From Corallococcus sp. (lineage in GTDB: Bacteria > Bacillota > Clostridia > Christensenellales > CAG-314), in contig JAMPEJ010000005.1 of the NCBI GenBank assembly GCA_023665205.1, positions 89,273 to 153,272 of the forward strand: a stretch of 64,000 nt of DNA. Direction: 5' to 3'. Shown here piece after piece: positions 38,783 through 48,253 of the stretch. Each line of letters opens with the position of its first letter. Positions within the stretch are counted from its first letter, which is position 1. Made by a program: the position numbers and the translations under genes. Below the pieces are notes generated by a model. It did not search any database. It was not told the DNA's origin and saw only the letters and a program-made list of their open reading frames with translations.

Positions 38783-40429
38783 CTATTCCTCTACTTCCGC
38801 GAAACAACTTCCCCCAATAAATTCGCGCAACAACGAATTACACGGAACGAACTTGTCGTCCATTTCCTTAAAGTACTTCAAAAACTTGATAAGTCTGTTT
38901 GCCGTGATGTAGTGCGGACTGTCTGACTTGATATCCTGCAATGCCGGCATGGCGTACTTCTTCATTACGCATAATTCGTACGTCAATGCAGAATTGTAGA
39001 TAAAGTCGCAGCCCTCTTGGTACGGATAGATCCACTTAAACTCGCCGCGGCGAACGCTGGGCCACATTTCCAAAGTTTTTTCCGCGCTGGTGCCGCGATA
39101 TTTTTTGTCGCGGACTATACGGCGCAACAAACGGATATCCGTGTAACTGATCGGATTGTGATTGTCCAAGTTTATTTGAAAATTGGGCGCTATATATATT
39201 TTGTACTTTTGGTGTTTGGGAACCGCATAAGAAAGTTGGTCGTTTAGCGCATGTATACCCTCTATTATTATCGGCGTATTTTCGTCGATTTTGGTACGCA
39301 CTCCGCTTACGCTGCTGCCCTGACCGAAGTTATAAACGGGCAGTTCCACTTCCTCGCCGGCAATAAGTGCAAGCATATGCTTGTTGAACAATTCCACGTT
39401 CAACGCTCGCAGATCTTCAAAGTCCGGCTTGCCGTCGTCATCAAGAGGTATCTCCTCTTTGTCCTTGTAATACATATCTAGCGATATTCTGAGCGGCGTT
39501 ATTCCGCGTGACATCAGTTCTATCCTAAGCCTGTTGGAAAATGTGGTTTTGCCGCTGGACGACGGTCCGGCGATACAAATAAGACGTATGGAATCTATAT
39601 CCTTTACTATTGCGTCGCCAAGTTCCTTCAACATATCGTTGTGTTTGGTTTCGTTCATATTGATAAAGTCCACGTAGGTTTCCTCTTTAACGTGACTGTT
39701 CATTTTGGCAACGGTTTCCGCTCCGCACAATTTAGCCCATTTATGAGCCTTTTTAAGTTCGCGGCAGAACAGCGGTTCGTCGTTGAACGGAGGAATAACT
39801 CCGCCGGCTTCGTAACGCGGATAACGTACCAAAACGTTTCCGTCGTAGTTGGACAGTATAAACTCGGTCAAATATCCCGTAGAAGGCACCATGTAACCGT
39901 AGGTATAGTTGAAATAATCTCCGCATTTGTAGAAGTGACAAATTTTCTCCGCGCGGTATTTCAACGTGTCCACCTTGGACGCTTGACGCGTGGCAACATA
40001 GTATTTCTCCGCCTCTTCTTTGCTCATAGTGCATTTTTCAAAAGGAAGGTCCAACGCCACAAGACGCTTCATTTCGGCGGTCACAGCCGATATAACGGCG
40101 TTATTCAACGGCATTTTCTTTTCGCCCAGCACGTTTATCTGCAACGAGCGCGATATAGCGTAGGAAATCTTTATATCCACGTCGGGATACAAATTGTAAA
40201 ACGCCATTGCGATAAGATAGCGCAAGCTGGTTTCGTACACCTTTACAGCGTCGTTGTTCGTCAAAGCCAACAACTCCACTTCCGCGTCGAAGCCGAGTTC
40301 GTAGGTGAGTTCGCGAAGGCGGTTGTTGACCTTTGCGGCGTAGTACTTTTTGGGTTCTTCCATCAAACTTAAAATGGAAGTTTTTTCATCCAAAGAGTAT
40401 GTTTTGTTTTGCATAGATATTGTAAACAT
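38783..40429 (-). CDS. Nucleoside (uridine-type) kinase with N-terminal TGS/ThrRS-second-additional-domain-like region
   Basis: Walker A GPSSSGKTT, followed by a PRK/Udk-like domain. 548 aa architecture, common in Clostridia. Confidence 0.75.
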   Translation of the reverse strand: MFTISMQNKTYSLDEKTSILSLMEEPKKYYAAKVNNRLRELTYELGFDAEVELLALTNNDAVKVYETSLRYLIAMAFYNLYPDVDIKISYAISRSLQINVLGEKKMPLNNAVISAVTAEMKRLVALDLPFEKCTMSKEEAEKYYVATRQASKVDTLKYRAEKICHFYKCGDYFNYTYGYMVPSTGYLTEFILSNYDGNVLVRYPRYEAGGVIPPFNDEPLFCRELKKAHKWAKLCGAETVAKMNSHVKEETYVDFINMNETKHNDMLKELGDAIVKDIDSIRLICIAGPSSSGKTTFSNRLRIELMSRGITPLRISLDMYYKDKEEIPLDDDGKPDFEDLRALNVELFNKHMLALIAGEEVELPVYNFGQGSSVSGVRTKIDENTPIIIEGIHALNDQLSYAVPKHQKYKIYIAPNFQINLDNHNPISYTDIRLLRRIVRDKKYRGTSAEKTLEMWPSVRRGEFKWIYPYQEGCDFIYNSALTYELCVMKKYAMPALQDIKSDSPHYITANRLIKFLKYFKEMDDKFVPCNSLLREFIGGSCFAEVEE

Positions 40430-40509
40430 AGTTTCTCCTTACCCCGCGCAACAAGAGGTCGCAAAAACGCCGACGCCTACCGTACACGCGAGAGATATTA
40501 CGTAAATAT

Positions 40510-40538
40510 ATTTTAATTTCCGCAAACGCGTTTGTCAA
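40510..40538 (-). promoter_or_regulatory. Sigma-70 promoter of the nucleoside kinase gene
   Basis: Minus strand: TTGACA, 17 nt spacer, TAAAAT. Confidence 0.65.
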
Positions 40539-40667
40539 TAGCGAATTTTCAAATCTTTCAAACGCGACAAAATTTGCGGGTAGATTTTATTGTTAAAGCC
40601 GAATTACCCAAGGGTAATAATACGGCCTTTCTGCGGAAACGCGTGTAGCAAACACGCCTAATGCCAC

Positions 40668-40700
40668 AAAAAAAGCGCTCTCCGTAAACGAGAACGCTTT
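40668..40700 (-). terminator. Rho-independent terminator of the NYN-domain gene
   Basis: Minus strand: AAGCGTTCTC-loop-GAGAGCGCTT followed by T7. Confidence 0.75.
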
Positions 40701-40746
40701 TAGGTCCCTTTCTAAGTTGTAAAAACGGACAAACGGGTTCTATGCC

Positions 40747-41619
40747 CTATTCGACGCCGTCCAACAATTTTTTGATTTGCGCAACCAATTCGTCGGAATC
40801 GCTGCCGCTATTGTTAAGGCGCAATTCTTCTATCTTACGTATAAGGTCGCTGTCGTTTTGAGACACGTAAACAGTGCGAACGTTGTCTTCCGGTTCTTTT
40901 GCCGGTTCCTCTTTGGGTTCGTCATTTTGCAACGCGGCGATTTTGTCCAACAAATCCTTCGTTTCGTTTGCCGCGGGTTCGTTTTCGACACGGGCGGGTT
41001 CGCGAGCGGGTTTGACGGGTTCTTCCGCAGGTTTCTCGTAACTTTGCTGAAGTTTTTCTATTTCGCGCAACAATTGTGCAGTCTTATCGTCTTCGGCAGA
41101 CGCTTCCGCGGTCTTTTTAGGTTCCGCCGCTTTTTTAGGAGCGGGGGCAGCCTTCTTGGGCGCGTTTTTAGGAAGTTTTATTTTTTCCACCTTGCCGAGG
41201 TCTAACGTAGCGTCGACAAGCGCCATGCTGTTTTCGTCGCAGTTGTCGCACGCTATAACGGAAATACCCAAACGGCGCAAATTGCCGTACAGATACGTCA
41301 TATCGTCAGGCGCGGAGACGATCGCCACAGCGTCGATATTGCGGTTTTGAGCAACCACTGTCGCGACGTCGACCCAAATACGGTTATCAAAAACTTTTTT
41401 TACGCGACGGCGCGTGCGGGAAGGAAATTGCAGCGCAAAACCGTTATCCATTGCGTGTTCGATTATTTTTTTATGCTTTTTATCGCTTGCTCCGTAAACG
41501 GTTGCGCAGACGATTTCGCCCATTTCTTCCAACTGAGACAATACGTTTTCGTAATTAGTCATTTCCAACACCGCGTTGTCCACGTCGATAAATGCGGCAA
41601 TTTTTTTATTGCGAAGCAT
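40747..41619 (-). CDS. NYN-domain (LabA-like) protein with Lys/Ala/Pro/Glu-rich C-terminal half
   Basis: N-terminal IAAFIDVDN...GASDKKHKKI...AIVSAPDD, typical of NYN/LabA. The tail contains APKKAAPAPKKAAEPKK. Confidence 0.7.
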   Translation of the reverse strand: MLRNKKIAAFIDVDNAVLEMTNYENVLSQLEEMGEIVCATVYGASDKKHKKIIEHAMDNGFALQFPSRTRRRVKKVFDNRIWVDVATVVAQNRNIDAVAIVSAPDDMTYLYGNLRRLGISVIACDNCDENSMALVDATLDLGKVEKIKLPKNAPKKAAPAPKKAAEPKKTAEASAEDDKTAQLLREIEKLQQSYEKPAEEPVKPAREPARVENEPAANETKDLLDKIAALQNDEPKEEPAKEPEDNVRTVYVSQNDSDLIRKIEELRLNNSGSDSDELVAQIKKLLDGVE

Positions 41620-41650
41620 AATGTATGCTACCTCCGAAAATTCATTAGTG

Positions 41651-42490
41651 CTATTTTACAGCATTTTGACCGTTTTGTCCATACTTTCGCTGAAAATAAA
41701 ACAAATATTGTTGGCAAAGCCCCGCGTCTTCTCCAAAAATCTCGCAAAAAAATGACGAAATTTCGGAGTCTTTGTGTCCGTGTTCAAAATAGGCGTGATA
41801 CACCTTTTTAAGCCAAGTATCCACGGGAAACACGTCGCCGCGCCGCAACCCGAACAACAAAATACAATCGGCCACTTTGGGACCGATGCCCTTAAAAGCC
41901 AAAAGCCGCTTGCGCGCCTCAAAACTGTCGGCGTTTTGCAAGGAAGACAAGTCAAAGTTTAACAGAGCCTCGGCGGTTTCTTTCAAATACCTGTCGCGGT
42001 ACCCCGCGCCGATCTTTGTGTAAAATTCCACCGGTGCTTCCGCCATTTTTTTTACGTTTGGAAAAGCGTACCCGTACGGAGTTCTTTCTCCCAACCCCTC
42101 GCACAAGCGGTTGACGATCAATTGAATGCGTTTGATATTGTTATTTGCGGAGATGATAAACGAGAATATCATTTCCACAATGTTTTGCCGTAAAATGTGT
42201 ATTCCGCGCCCCGCTTGGCATGCGCGCTCCATAAGAGGTGATATCGCGGAAATTTTTGCGACCTTTGCGCTGTAATCGGTGTCCAGATCCAAAAAGTTGC
42301 GGAAGTAGTCCGCGTCGTCCGTGTATACTTCGACGTTCTCGTCCGTAGTAACAAGACGCGCGTATTTGTCCAAAGAAAATACTTCGTAAACGTTTTCTTC
42401 CAACTTTTTGTAGCGGAAAATCTGTCCGCACTCTAAAGTATCGGCAACGTCAAAATAATCTTTGTCCACACAAAATGCCAAATCGGGCAT
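41651..42490 (-). CDS. ogg: 8-oxoguanine DNA glycosylase / DNA lyase (HhH-GPD superfamily)
   Basis: HhH-GPD motif KGIGPKVADCILLFGL...VFPVDTW with the catalytic Lys/Asp context. Confidence 0.8.
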   Translation of the reverse strand: MPDLAFCVDKDYFDVADTLECGQIFRYKKLEENVYEVFSLDKYARLVTTDENVEVYTDDADYFRNFLDLDTDYSAKVAKISAISPLMERACQAGRGIHILRQNIVEMIFSFIISANNNIKRIQLIVNRLCEGLGERTPYGYAFPNVKKMAEAPVEFYTKIGAGYRDRYLKETAEALLNFDLSSLQNADSFEARKRLLAFKGIGPKVADCILLFGLRRGDVFPVDTWLKKVYHAYFEHGHKDSEISSFFCEIFGEDAGLCQQYLFYFQRKYGQNGQNAVK

Positions 42491-42661
42491 ATTGACCTCC
42501 TTTGTAAAACGTTATTTGAATATCGATAAAACGTATGCCGCAAGAAACTTACAACTGCATTGCTCCAAAAGAAAGTACGTTTCCAACTCATCGTAGATGC
42601 GTTCTTCATTGCGTTGCGAAATCGCACCGGTACGGCGCGACAAGTAATTGAGTGCGGCTAG

Positions 42662-42691
42662 CAAAAGGGAAGCCGTAACGAACGACTTCCC
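42662..42691 (-). terminator. Rho-independent terminator of rpmA
   Basis: Minus strand: GGGAAG...CTTCCC stem followed by TTTTGC. Confidence 0.6.
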
Positions 42692-42711
42692 AATTTTTCT
42701 AAAATTAATTT

Positions 42712-42993
42712 CTATTTTGCAACGGGATATACGGAAACTTGACGTCTGGTTTTATCCTTGCGTTCAAACTTTACAACGCCGTCGATAAGCGCAAAAAGCG
42801 TGTCGTCCTTGCCGATGCCCACGTTGTTGCCGGGGTGGAAGTGCGTGCCGCGCTGTCTTACCAAGATGTTTCCCGCTTTTGCAAATTGTCCGTCCGCACG
42901 CTTAGCGCCCAAACGCTTGCTTTCGCTTTCGCGTCCGTTTTTGGTGCTGCCCATACCTTTTTTGTGAGCAAACAACTGCAACTTAATAAACAT
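42712..42993 (-). CDS. rpmA: 50S ribosomal protein L27 with N-terminal propeptide
   Basis: [23 protein letters not shown]... matches the Bacillota-type extension cleaved by Prp. Confidence 0.95.
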   Translation of the reverse strand: MFIKLQLFAHKKGMGSTKNGRESESKRLGAKRADGQFAKAGNILVRQRGTHFHPGNNVGIGKDDTLFALIDGVVKFERKDKTRRQVSVYPVAK

Positions 42994-42994
42994 A

Positions 42995-43324
42995 TCAGTT
43001 TACCTCCAAATTGATGAAATCGGAATACTCTGTGTAAAAATCCTGCAAACCGCAAAGCATCGTATTTAGCACTACGTCCGCATCGTGCCTTTCGGCTTCC
43101 GTTAGATTTTGCGGCAGAGTAAACCGCAATGAACCTTTTTCCTCGTCGACCGTAAATTTGACGTTTATTCCCACCACTTGCAACAGCCCCAACAAGGCCG
43201 ATTGGATAAGCGTGGATACGCCCGCGCACACAACGTCCTCGCCGCTTTCGCCGAAACCCGTATGTCCGCTTGCATTTACTTCAACTATGGAATTACCGTT
43301 TTTTGTGATCGTGATATCCGTCAT
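42995..43324 (-). CDS. prp: Ribosomal-processing cysteine protease Prp
   Basis: SGHTGF...VVCAGVS motif (His/Cys dyad). Position between rplU and rpmA. Confidence 0.9.
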   Translation of the reverse strand: MTDITITKNGNSIVEVNASGHTGFGESGEDVVCAGVSTLIQSALLGLLQVVGINVKFTVDEEKGSLRFTLPQNLTEAERHDADVVLNTMLCGLQDFYTEYSDFINLEVN

Positions 43325-43632
43325 TAGCCCAAAGAAATCGTGTTTATTTTCAATTTTGTATAGGGCTGTCTGTGTCCTTGACGCTTGCGAATGTTCTTTT
43401 TGGCTTTGTAGGTGAAAATGTGCAATTTTTTGCCTTTTCCGTGTTCTACAACTGTTGCAAGAACTTTTGCCTTTTTCGCGTCTTTGCCGGCAAGAACGGT
43501 GTTTTCGTCCGCCGCCAAAACAACTTCCAGTTCTACGGTGGAATTAACTTCGGTCGCGAGAAGTTCCGTTTCGAAAACCAAACCTTCCGTAACCTTGTAT
43601 TGTTTTCCGCCTGTCTTTACAATTGCGTACAT
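43324..43632 (-). CDS. rplU: 50S ribosomal protein L21
   Basis: MYAIVKTGGKQYKV..., canonical L21. Confidence 0.95.
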   Translation of the reverse strand: MYAIVKTGGKQYKVTEGLVFETELLATEVNSTVELEVVLAADENTVLAGKDAKKAKVLATVVEHGKGKKLHIFTYKAKKNIRKRQGHRQPYTKLKINTISLG

Positions 43633-43745
43633 TGCGTTTTTACCTCCCGTTTGTCAGAGTCTCGCTGAACAAGGGCGACCGTTTCGCGTTCGGCGCAAAC
43701 CGAACCTATTCGGCGCTTGACAAAATTGCCCTTTTCAAGCGGCTG
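43633..43745 (-). promoter_or_regulatory. rplU 5' leader (candidate L21-leader-type autoregulatory RNA)
   Basis: ~110 nt leader between the promoter and the RBS, with alternative hairpins (CCGAA-TAGG-TTCGG versus GTTCGG-TTTGCG-CCGAAC). The family assignment is not verified. Confidence 0.4.
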
Positions 43746-43750
43746 TGACT

Positions 43751-43779
43751 ATTGTAATGCAATTGCAACTATTTGTCAA
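43751..43779 (-). promoter_or_regulatory. Sigma-70 promoter of the rplU-prp-rpmA operon
   Basis: Minus strand: TTGACA, 17 nt spacer, TACAAT. Confidence 0.7.
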
Positions 43780-43962
43780 ACAAAAATAAAGCCTTTTCAA
43801 CGCAAATACACGCGCAGAAAACAAAAATTTCCGCAGCAAATCGCAAAATACGCGTTTAATTTTCTGCCCGTTGCAAATACTATCTACAAACGCGGACGAA
43901 CTTTTGCAAAGGACGGACAAAAACGCCTAACTGCAAATAGCCAAAGAAACAAGGAGGCAAAA

Positions 43963-44124
43963 ATGGCAAAAAGCAAACAGGTAAATCACGAATACTACGC
44001 CAACTACGAAACTTGCCGCAACCGTATGTTCGACATGTACGATCCGGACGAACTGCAAATCGAGGACGAACACCTAAACTGGTTGCAAGGATTTGAAATG
44101 GGAGAAAAAGATGCCAACGACTGA
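43963..44124 (+). CDS. Small acidic protein of unknown function (53 aa)
   Basis: AAGGAGG RBS 5 nt before ATG 43963. Lies inside ORF 43717..44124. Confidence 0.5.
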   Translation: MAKSKQVNHEYYANYETCRNRMFDMYDPDELQIEDEHLNWLQGFEMGEKDAND

Positions 44125-44593
44125 AAACAAAGAAAACACCGTAGTAAACGAAAATACCTGCGACGTAGAAAAAACGCGCGAAGCGATAAGCGACTTGTAC
44201 AAAAACGTCACTATGGCGCAAAACTGCGTCAAAACTCTGCTTCCCTACGTTGCCGAGCAGGACGTGACAAAAGCCTTGCACAAACAAGTGGAACAATACG
44301 ACAGTTATATCGAACAAATAGGCACGTTGGGCGAAACGTTGAATTTTGAGCCCACGCCTGCGCCGCGCGCGCTTATAGGAATGGCAAACGTTGGAATACG
44401 CGCTAAAATGATTGCAGACAAGTCCACTACTCACGTGGCAAAAATAATGCTGCAAGGTACGCTTAACGGCATTATAGACCTTTACCGTTTGATAAAGGAA
44501 AACGAAACGGTTCATCCCGAAGTGGCACTCTTGGAAAAGCAAGTGCTTCGATACGAGGAAGGCCGGTTTGAGAATACGAAATCGTGGCTTTGA
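44111..44593 (+). CDS. Helical protein of unknown function (160 aa)
   Basis: GGGAGAA RBS before ATG 44111. 14 nt overlap with the preceding small gene. Confidence 0.55.
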   Translation: MPTTENKENTVVNENTCDVEKTREAISDLYKNVTMAQNCVKTLLPYVAEQDVTKALHKQVEQYDSYIEQIGTLGETLNFEPTPAPRALIGMANVGIRAKMIADKSTTHVAKIMLQGTLNGIIDLYRLIKENETVHPEVALLEKQVLRYEEGRFENTKSWL

Positions 44594-44601
44594 GGTTTGA
44601 A

Positions 44602-44676
44602 AAATAGGTAATAATGAAAAGTGAAGAAGTAAGGATAGTCTAATAGACTGCCGCACCTCTTCACTTTTACCTATTT
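44602..44676. terminator. Compound hairpin between convergent genes (bidirectional terminator candidate)
   Basis: AAATAGGTA/TACCTATTT and AAAAGTGAAGA/TCTTCACTTTT arms enclosing an AGTCTA-A-TAGACT hairpin. Abuts the GH2 stop. Confidence 0.55.
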
Positions 44677-46978
44677 ATTCCACTATGAAGTCCACCGCAA
44701 TGCCGTCAACAAACAACTTGCCTTTACCCTTTTTTCCGACGGATTTGACAAAAGTGCCGCCCATACCTCCGTACAACGCCACGTCGGCAGGGCCTATAAG
44801 TTGCACCGTGCCTTCCGTATGTAAATGCACGGTTTTGCAAATATACGGAGCAACGTTTCCGTTTTGATCCAAAGCGACAAAATTGACTGCGGCAACGTCG
44901 TAAGTCGTTTTTTCCGTCAAAGCGGTATGCGAAACGCGTACGTCCAAATGCCACTCGCAGGCGCTGCCTACGGTTTTTTCGGCAATCAAATCTCCGTTCT
45001 TGTACGCTTTAAGAGTCAACGCGCTTGCCGCGCTGCCCCAGTTGCTTTCGTACTTACCGTACAAGTCTACAAAATACTGCAAAGGCTTACGCGTCCCCGC
45101 AAGCACCCGCGCTACGGTAAGTTTTGCTTTCAAAGGTAAATTATTTATGCCGTGTTTGCGGATTGCCGCAAGCGCTTTTTTTATCAACCGCGCATGCTTT
45201 GGCGAAAATCCGTCTTCGTTTACTAACCGTTCGCCAATAAGGTCGTCGATAAGAATCGGCGGATTGGGCAAATGCTTAAACGGGCTGTCGCCATGCGTAT
45301 AGCGTTTGACAAAACTTTTCCCTTTGAATACGTCTACGTAATCTGCGTTGGTAAGACAGTACATTTCTCCAACGTTGCCCTCGGGATAGTCGCCTATGTC
45401 AGTTGTAAAGGCGACGTCCAAAAACGGATCTTTGCCTTGCGCAACAAATACCGATGCCGCAGACTTAACGTTGCGGAACATATCCGTCACGCCGTGGTAA
45501 CACACCCTGTCGCCGCTGCCGAAATCCTTGTGCGTGTTGTAGTCGAACATGCACCAACCGAATGCGCCGCAGATCGAGTCGTCTTTATATACGCCGTCCA
45601 GCATGCGCGCATAACGCAACATATGTTCCCGCCGGTGAGGGAAGGCGTCAAAACTTTTTGTAGGGAACATATGCCCGTTATATTCCGATATAAGATACGG
45701 CGCGTCCTTGCCGCATATCTTTTTTCTGTCAGTTGCGCCGGCACGGTTGAAATCGTTGTAGGTGTACACGTCCTCCAAAAGGTGCGAATGCGACAAATAT
45801 CGGACTCCTCCCGTTTGACGCGTAGCGTCGAGTTCGTGCGCAACAGCGTTTGTTTCCGCATACAGACCGTCGCAATCCAACGACTCGTTGATGCGAACGC
45901 CCCACAGCACCACGCTTGGATGGTTGCGGTTTTGTAACACCATATCTTTTACGTTTTCTACGGCTTGCATTTTCCAATCAGAGTCGCCGATATGTTGCCA
46001 TCCGGGAATTTCCGTAAATACAAGCAGACCCAAGCGGTCGCATTCGTCCAAAAAATACTGCGACTGCGGATAGTGCGACGTGCGAACGGCATTTACGCAC
46101 AGTTTGTTTTTAAGAATTTGCGCGTCGCGACGCTGCATGCTTTCCGGCATAGCGTAGCCTACGTAAGGGAAACTTTGGTGACGGTTTAACCCCACTATTT
46201 TCAGGCGTTTGCCGTTGAGGAAAAATCCGTCCTTTGTAAACCGTGCTTTGCGTACTCCAAAAGCCGTCTGCCACGCATTTCCGCAGACTGTCAGGCGCAG
46301 CCCGTACAAATTGGGTTCGTCTACGCTCCAAAGTTTAAGCGCCAAATTTTCGCAGATTTCCAATTGCGCGGAAGTCGCATCGTACAAACTGCTGAAAACC
46401 GTCGTTTCGCCGTCCAACACTTCGCACAACACCTGACAAGTTTCCGTAAACTCGCCTAGATCCACGCGCACTTTCAGCGGTTCGTCCGGAGCGGCGGTAA
46501 CGAACGCGTCGGCTACGTACGTACCGCGGTAGTTGTCCAAATATACTTCGCGGTAAATACCGCCGTAAGTGAGATAATCGATAACGAAACCGAAAGGCGG
46601 CTGATCAAGGTCTTCGCGTGCGTCAACCTTGACGCAAAGCAGATTGTCGCCGACGTGCAAAAAGTCCGTCACGTCCGCAGTAAAAGCCGTATAACCGCAA
46701 TTATGAACGGCGCAAAGTTCGCCGTTGACGTAAACTTCCGCGCGGTGAGCCACTCCGTCGAACGTCAACAGATACTTGCCGCCTTTTTCCTTCAAATGCA
46801 ACTTACGGCTGTAACCGCACACAAATTGATAAATGCTTTCGTCAAAGCAATTGAACGGAGTGGTTACGTTGGCATGAGGCAAACGTACTTTTTCACAGCC
46901 CTTAGCAGCCGTTCCGCTTGCAATACCGTCGTTCCAGAAAGGATAATACGTCCAGTCGTCGTTCAGATATACTCTCAT
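44675..46978 (-). CDS. Glycoside hydrolase family 2 (beta-galactosidase/beta-glucuronidase-like)
   Basis: ORF trimmed to ATG 46978 (GGTGGAG RBS). NAVRTSHYP and WGVRINES motifs of the GH2 TIM barrel. Confidence 0.85.
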   Translation of the reverse strand: MRVYLNDDWTYYPFWNDGIASGTAAKGCEKVRLPHANVTTPFNCFDESIYQFVCGYSRKLHLKEKGGKYLLTFDGVAHRAEVYVNGELCAVHNCGYTAFTADVTDFLHVGDNLLCVKVDAREDLDQPPFGFVIDYLTYGGIYREVYLDNYRGTYVADAFVTAAPDEPLKVRVDLGEFTETCQVLCEVLDGETTVFSSLYDATSAQLEICENLALKLWSVDEPNLYGLRLTVCGNAWQTAFGVRKARFTKDGFFLNGKRLKIVGLNRHQSFPYVGYAMPESMQRRDAQILKNKLCVNAVRTSHYPQSQYFLDECDRLGLLVFTEIPGWQHIGDSDWKMQAVENVKDMVLQNRNHPSVVLWGVRINESLDCDGLYAETNAVAHELDATRQTGGVRYLSHSHLLEDVYTYNDFNRAGATDRKKICGKDAPYLISEYNGHMFPTKSFDAFPHRREHMLRYARMLDGVYKDDSICGAFGWCMFDYNTHKDFGSGDRVCYHGVTDMFRNVKSAASVFVAQGKDPFLDVAFTTDIGDYPEGNVGEMYCLTNADYVDVFKGKSFVKRYTHGDSPFKHLPNPPILIDDLIGERLVNEDGFSPKHARLIKKALAAIRKHGINNLPLKAKLTVARVLAGTRKPLQYFVDLYGKYESNWGSAASALTLKAYKNGDLIAEKTVGSACEWHLDVRVSHTALTEKTTYDVAAVNFVALDQNGNVAPYICKTVHLHTEGTVQLIGPADVALYGGMGGTFVKSVGKKGKGKLFVDGIAVDFIVE

Positions 46979-47194
46979 ACTCCACCGCCTTTGTTGTAAT
47001 TTGTAACGGATGATTTCCGCACGTGCGCGTTTCTCGATACGTAAACGCATACGTTCCGGTGCAGATTTAAGACAAACGCCGCTTCTAACCTGCAAAAATA
47101 AATAATAATACTTATTATAATTTCGAGCTGTCCAAAAGTCAATGCACAACAAACAGCCGCTCGGCAAAAATTGCAAAACAGCATTGCATTACAA

Positions 47195-47229
47195 CAAAAA
47201 AAGGGCGCTGCGCTTTGTAGCGCAACGCC
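47195..47229 (-). terminator. Rho-independent terminator of the 47253 gene
   Basis: Minus strand: GGCGTTGCGC-loop-GCGCAGCGCC followed by T7. Confidence 0.75.
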
Positions 47230-47252
47230 TCAATTTTTGTTTTTTGCAAATG

Positions 47253-47903
47253 TTACTTGACGTCTGCGACAGGCTCAGCAGATTTTACCAGCACTGCAGA
47301 CAATGCTTTGTGTAAAACGTCCACGCAAGCCGCAATACTTTCGCTATCGATAATCCCTACAAGTAAACGGTACAGTTTGTCCTTTTTTACGGCGTCGTCA
47401 CACTCCTCGCCGTAAATAATTTTGGCGTTTTGTACCAGCAGTTTGACGTCGGCGACAAAGTCCTTAAACTTCAATTCCTTATTTTCAAGTTGCTTGCGCA
47501 CGTTGCCGAAATACAACAACTGAGTGTAAAATACGCCGAACACGTCGTCTTTCATCAAATTTTTGAGACTGCCTCCGCCAAGCGAAGACGCCGCCTTAAA
47601 TATAACGGACGAAAGCGCCCCCACCGTTGCCGCGCTTACGACAAGTTGAGCGGCAAACCGCCAAGAAAATTGCATTCTCTGCACAAAAACCAAATCCAAT
47701 GCGGCAAACGCCGTCCCGAATATAAAAGGCAGAACGGTAGCAAAATCGAACTTGTGTAAGACGTCTACTTTTACTTTGTTTACAAATATTTTTTTGGCTA
47801 TTTGCGTAAGAATACAAGTTGCCGCGGCATACAGCACGAAGTACAAATTGTTGCCGTCTTTCAAAATTGCGGGCAACTGCTGCAAAAAAGTTTCAAAATC
47901 CAT
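47253..47903 (-). CDS. Membrane protein of unknown function
   Basis: ORF trimmed to ATG 47903 (AAGGAG RBS). Three to four hydrophobic helices, then a soluble helical C-terminus. Confidence 0.6.
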   Translation of the reverse strand: MDFETFLQQLPAILKDGNNLYFVLYAAATCILTQIAKKIFVNKVKVDVLHKFDFATVLPFIFGTAFAALDLVFVQRMQFSWRFAAQLVVSAATVGALSSVIFKAASSLGGGSLKNLMKDDVFGVFYTQLLYFGNVRKQLENKELKFKDFVADVKLLVQNAKIIYGEECDDAVKKDKLYRLLVGIIDSESIAACVDVLHKALSAVLVKSAEPVADVK

Positions 47904-48253
47904 ACGGTTATCTCCTTTTATCGATGTGAAATTCGGCCCCCGCGGATTTCCATGCAAAAAGGCGCCCGTCCCCACAACTTGCGCCTTTTGCAATTATATT
48001 ATACCATACCGTGTCAATACCCGTGCTAAATTTTTTACTCTTAAATTTTCACGTTTTTTTGAAAAAGTTATCAAGCAACAAAAAAACCGACCGCTTACTG
48101 TAAACAACGCTCGAAAAACAATCGGACGAACGCATATGTTTTTCAGGCTTCGGGTTTCAACCGCCCTGCACCGACATAAAAACGGAAACTGCCGACGCCC
48201 TCTTGCAAAGGGCAATCGACAGTTTCGCATGAAGGAGAAAAAACTTGCCAAAA

